Origin: Octopus sinensis | Taxonomy: Eukaryota | NCBI RefSeq assembly: GCF_006345805.1 | Contig: NW_021832635.1 | Location: 1-37,789 of the forward strand | Length of the DNA: 37,789 bases | Direction: 5' to 3' | Part shown: in pieces, positions 33,993 to 37,789 of the stretch | How the letters are laid out: each line of letters starts with the position of its first letter | Numbering within the stretch: the stretch's first letter is position 1 | Translations under genes and position numbers: made by a program | The notes under the pieces: generated by a model | Told to the model about the DNA's origin: nothing | The model's database searches: none | Seen by the model: the letters and a program-made list of their open reading frames with translations, nothing else

Positions 33993-34123
33993 TAAACAAA
34001 CTATCACAGGCTGCCAACCAGTGAAGGGGACACAAGAAAGAGGCCTCATTTCTGTGTGAGGTCTGTGTGAGGCCTCATTTCTGTGTCCCCTTCAGTGGTT
34101 GGCAGCCGGTGATAGTTTGTTTA
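33993..34123. repeat. 131-nt hairpin with 42-bp arms (2 mismatches)
   Basis: TAAACAAACTATCACAGGCTGCCAACCAGTGAAGGGGACACA / TGTGTCCCCTTCAGTGGTTGGCAGCCGGTGATAGTTTGTTTA. Confidence 0.9.
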
Positions 34124-34569
34124 CGATTCTGTATTCTAACAGTACGGCAAATAGAGACTGATAGAATAAATACTAGACTTTAAAAAAAAATAAGTACAGA
34201 GATCAAATTTTTCGACAGTGCTCCAGCATGATCGGAGTTCAACCACTGGGACAAGTGGAAGATAAAAATAAGAGGTAACGTAACAGTTATGAAGACGTTT
34301 CGGTGAGATTGTACATCATCATAGTAGCATGGTGCTTCTTAAGCCGGCTTTGGTCAGTTGGGACAAACTTTTACCAATAGAAAAATAGCTGCAAAACTTT
34401 AGCGTAGCCTTAGTTGTACAGTTACAAAAAGTGAGCGTGCGTGTGCGTGTGAGAGTATGTAAAGGTATGTATGTATATATGTATGACATATGGACATGTG
34501 TGTCTGTATAAATATCTATCTATTCCACTTTCTATCCGTCTGTCTGTCTGTGTGTTCGTCTATCTATCC

Positions 34570-34671
<102 letters not shown>

Positions 34672-34749
34672 TTATCTATCTATGTCTAGCAATCCAACCA
34701 TCCATCCATCCGCCCGTCTGTCCTTCTGTCTGTGTGTCTGGCTATTTAG

Positions 34750-34850
<101 letters not shown>

Positions 34851-36375
34851 GAGTTGCTCGGGGTCTGGTTCGGTCTCCGGACCTCCAAATGGAGAAGAAC
34901 TGGAACGAGATAACGAGTAGGGTGGTCACTCTCGCCCAGCAATGGACCGAGAGGAAACTGTCCCTAAAAGGTCGGGCGGAGGTGTGAACGCGTACATCGC
35001 GTCCATCATCTACTACCGCCTGACCGTCGTACCTTGTCCCGACCCTACCATCACCAAACTAGAACGCATCCTCTTCCGCTTCTTGTGGAAAGGATGCGTC
35101 CCGATGGTCAGGCGATCCATTTGCTGTCAACACCCGTTAAAAGGAGGGCTGGGCATGCCGTGGTTGATGATGCGCAGACACGCGCTGAGACTGCGACATC
35201 TCCGGCTCTATGTAGACGACGGTGAACAGGTGTGGTCGCCGTTTGTGAGGCACGCATTCCCGCAACTCGTCTCCATGACCGAACTACAGTCGTGGATCAA
35301 AAAGAGGCCGAGGAAGGGCGAATGGCACCGCGAGTGTCGCGTTGCTCTCAAGCAACTCTGCCGTCCCGGGTCGACCTTGAGTGACTTCAACACAACCAAA
35401 TAATTCTATAGGGGATTAGTGGAGGGGAGGTACGACGACGAGCTTGGGGAAAACCTGGGCGTCGACGAGGAATACCTGACCCGCCTGTTTCAAACGACTT
35501 TCGGCCCGGGACCTATGGACAACTTCCAGAGATCCCTGGCCTGGCGTGCTACCGAGAAGCGCTACCCGTTCGGGTTAAGCTCTATAGGCATGGCTCGAGA
35601 AACACGGGGCCGACCTGCCCGAGATGCGGGCAGAGCGACGAAACCGCTCTGCACGCAATCGTGCAGTGTCCAGCAATTTCCGACCTGTGGCTTATGTCGA
35701 ACGACTGCTGTCACGTGTGGGACGTGTCGGTTTATCAGCCGAGTCTATCGTTAATATCGTCACGCCTCCTTCTTTCAAACGTGAAGGAAGAGCTATTTTT
35801 ATCATACTTGTGGCTATGGCGAAAGAATGTATCTGGTGGACGCGCCTGAAGGATTAGAGACAAACACTTTCCTCTCTGGTCAATCTCTCATCAACTTCTT
35901 CAAGTATCACTTGAAGAGGAAAGTGAGAGTAGAGAGGCAAGTTTTGTCTAGTGATGTTTTAAAAAAAGATGGGTGAATGTAGCAAGGATGGCACGTATGA
36001 ATGACGAAGCCACCTTGACTATGATTCTATGAACCATAAAATTAATACAGAGAGTTGCTTATTTGCAAAAAAAAAAAGAAATATAACATGTGACTTCATT
36101 GACCGAGGTTACCGTGGTCTTTTCCGTAGGCTTTTCTTTCCATGGGTAAACCTCACCTGTCCTCCCCTTTACACTTCATATTGACATTTCTGTGATAACG
36201 ATCCCTATTATTCATTTTTTTTTCTCTGCCCCCCTTTTTTTTGTCCTTTTTCTTTCCTTTTACGATCCCCTTTGATCGAAAACCACCACTCTCCTTTCTT
36301 TTACCCCTAAAAGAAAAGCTCTACCTTGTAATTTGTCCTATCTGTGTGCAGCCCTGTGTGGCTAATAAAGAAACA
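34851..36375 (+). mobile_element. Tx1/L1-clade LINE, 5'-truncated (~1.5 kb), ORF2 disrupted, flanked by (TATC)n on both sides
   Basis: Post-RT motifs W.ERKLSLKGR, LFRFLWKG, PLKGGLGMP; zinc knuckle CPRCGQSDETALHAIVQC (CX2CX8HX4C, 35616-35669); frameshifts and a stop at 35401-35403; 3' end GCTAATAAAGAAACA. Confidence 0.92.
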
Positions 36376-37010
<635 letters not shown>

Positions 37011-37171
37011 ATAATCTACATCTATGTTTGTATATGTGCATTTAAGATCGTGTATGGGTGTCAATGTGCATGTGTGTGGATGTATGTGAGAATGTGTGTT
37101 TGTGCTTGTGTGTTAATGTATGCGTGGGTGTATGTGTATGTGTGTCAGTATGTATGTGTGTGTTTGCGTGT

Positions 37172-37209
<38 letters not shown>

Positions 37210-37580
37210 GCGTGTGTGTGCATGCGTGTGTGTATTTGCGAACACAGATGCATGTTTGAAGGTAAGCATAAGGTGGGTGCGCATGGAAGCGAACAGAAGA
37301 GACGTGAAAAGTTACTGATAAAAGGTGCAGAGTGAATGAGTGAGAGAATGAGGGAGAGAAAGAGAGTGAGAAATAAACTGAAAGATAGAAAGAGAAGGAG
37401 GGAGGGAGAGAGAGAGCGAGAGAGAGAGAGAGAGAGAGAGAGTGAGAGAGTGAGAAAGAGCGAAAGTAGGAAAGGGAAGGCTAAGAGGAAGGTGTAAGAG
37501 AGAATGAACAGAAAGTAGAGAATTAAGGAGATGGGAAGCAGATAGATAATAGTGTGCGTATTTGTGTGCGCGCGCACGTA

Positions 37581-37640
37581 TGTGTGTGTGTGTGAATGAC
37601 TGTGTGTGTGTGTGAATGACTGTGTGTGTGTGTGAATGAC
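37581..37640 (+). repeat. 20-bp tandem repeat (TGTGTGTGTGTGTGAATGAC) x3
   Basis: Three exact copies. Confidence 0.9.
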
Positions 37641-37789
37641 TGTGTGTGCGTGCATGTGCATCTGTCTATGTGAGTATGACTACGCATGCTAACAAAACCA
37701 TTTGTGTGATTGCTAAGACGGAAAAGTGAGGCTTGTTATCTCGACGGTTAAGTCCTAGCAAAAAAAAAAAAAAGCTCACTTTTTATCTC

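Overview
AT-rich, microsatellite-dense eukaryotic genomic DNA. The repeat landscape looks like a coleoid cephalopod (probably Octopus), but this is inferred from SINE and microsatellite style and was not checked by a search. Two host coding units lie on the minus strand: a ~1.9-kb Gly/Gln-rich exon (8920->~7031) with a clear splice acceptor and a C-terminal SIYDNV motif, and an intact, intronless 420-aa IFRD-family ORF (17401->16139). The rest is mobile DNA and simple repeats: about 15 tRNA-derived SINE copies of at least 4 types, two 5'-truncated copies of a Tx1/L1-clade LINE, an RTE LINE 3' fragment, a non-autonomous Helitron, a mariner derivative with two 5' ends, mariner-type MITEs, fold-back palindromes and Penelope-like ends. 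Top leads: (1) both Tx1 copies sit inside (TATC)n arrays in the same orientation and phase, which suggests a GATA/TATC-microsatellite-targeted retrotransposon; (2) several minimal type-I hammerhead-ribozyme-like motifs with covarying stems; (3) an intact IFRD retrogene candidate, probably nested in an intron. Almost all other listed ORFs are microsatellite translation artefacts.
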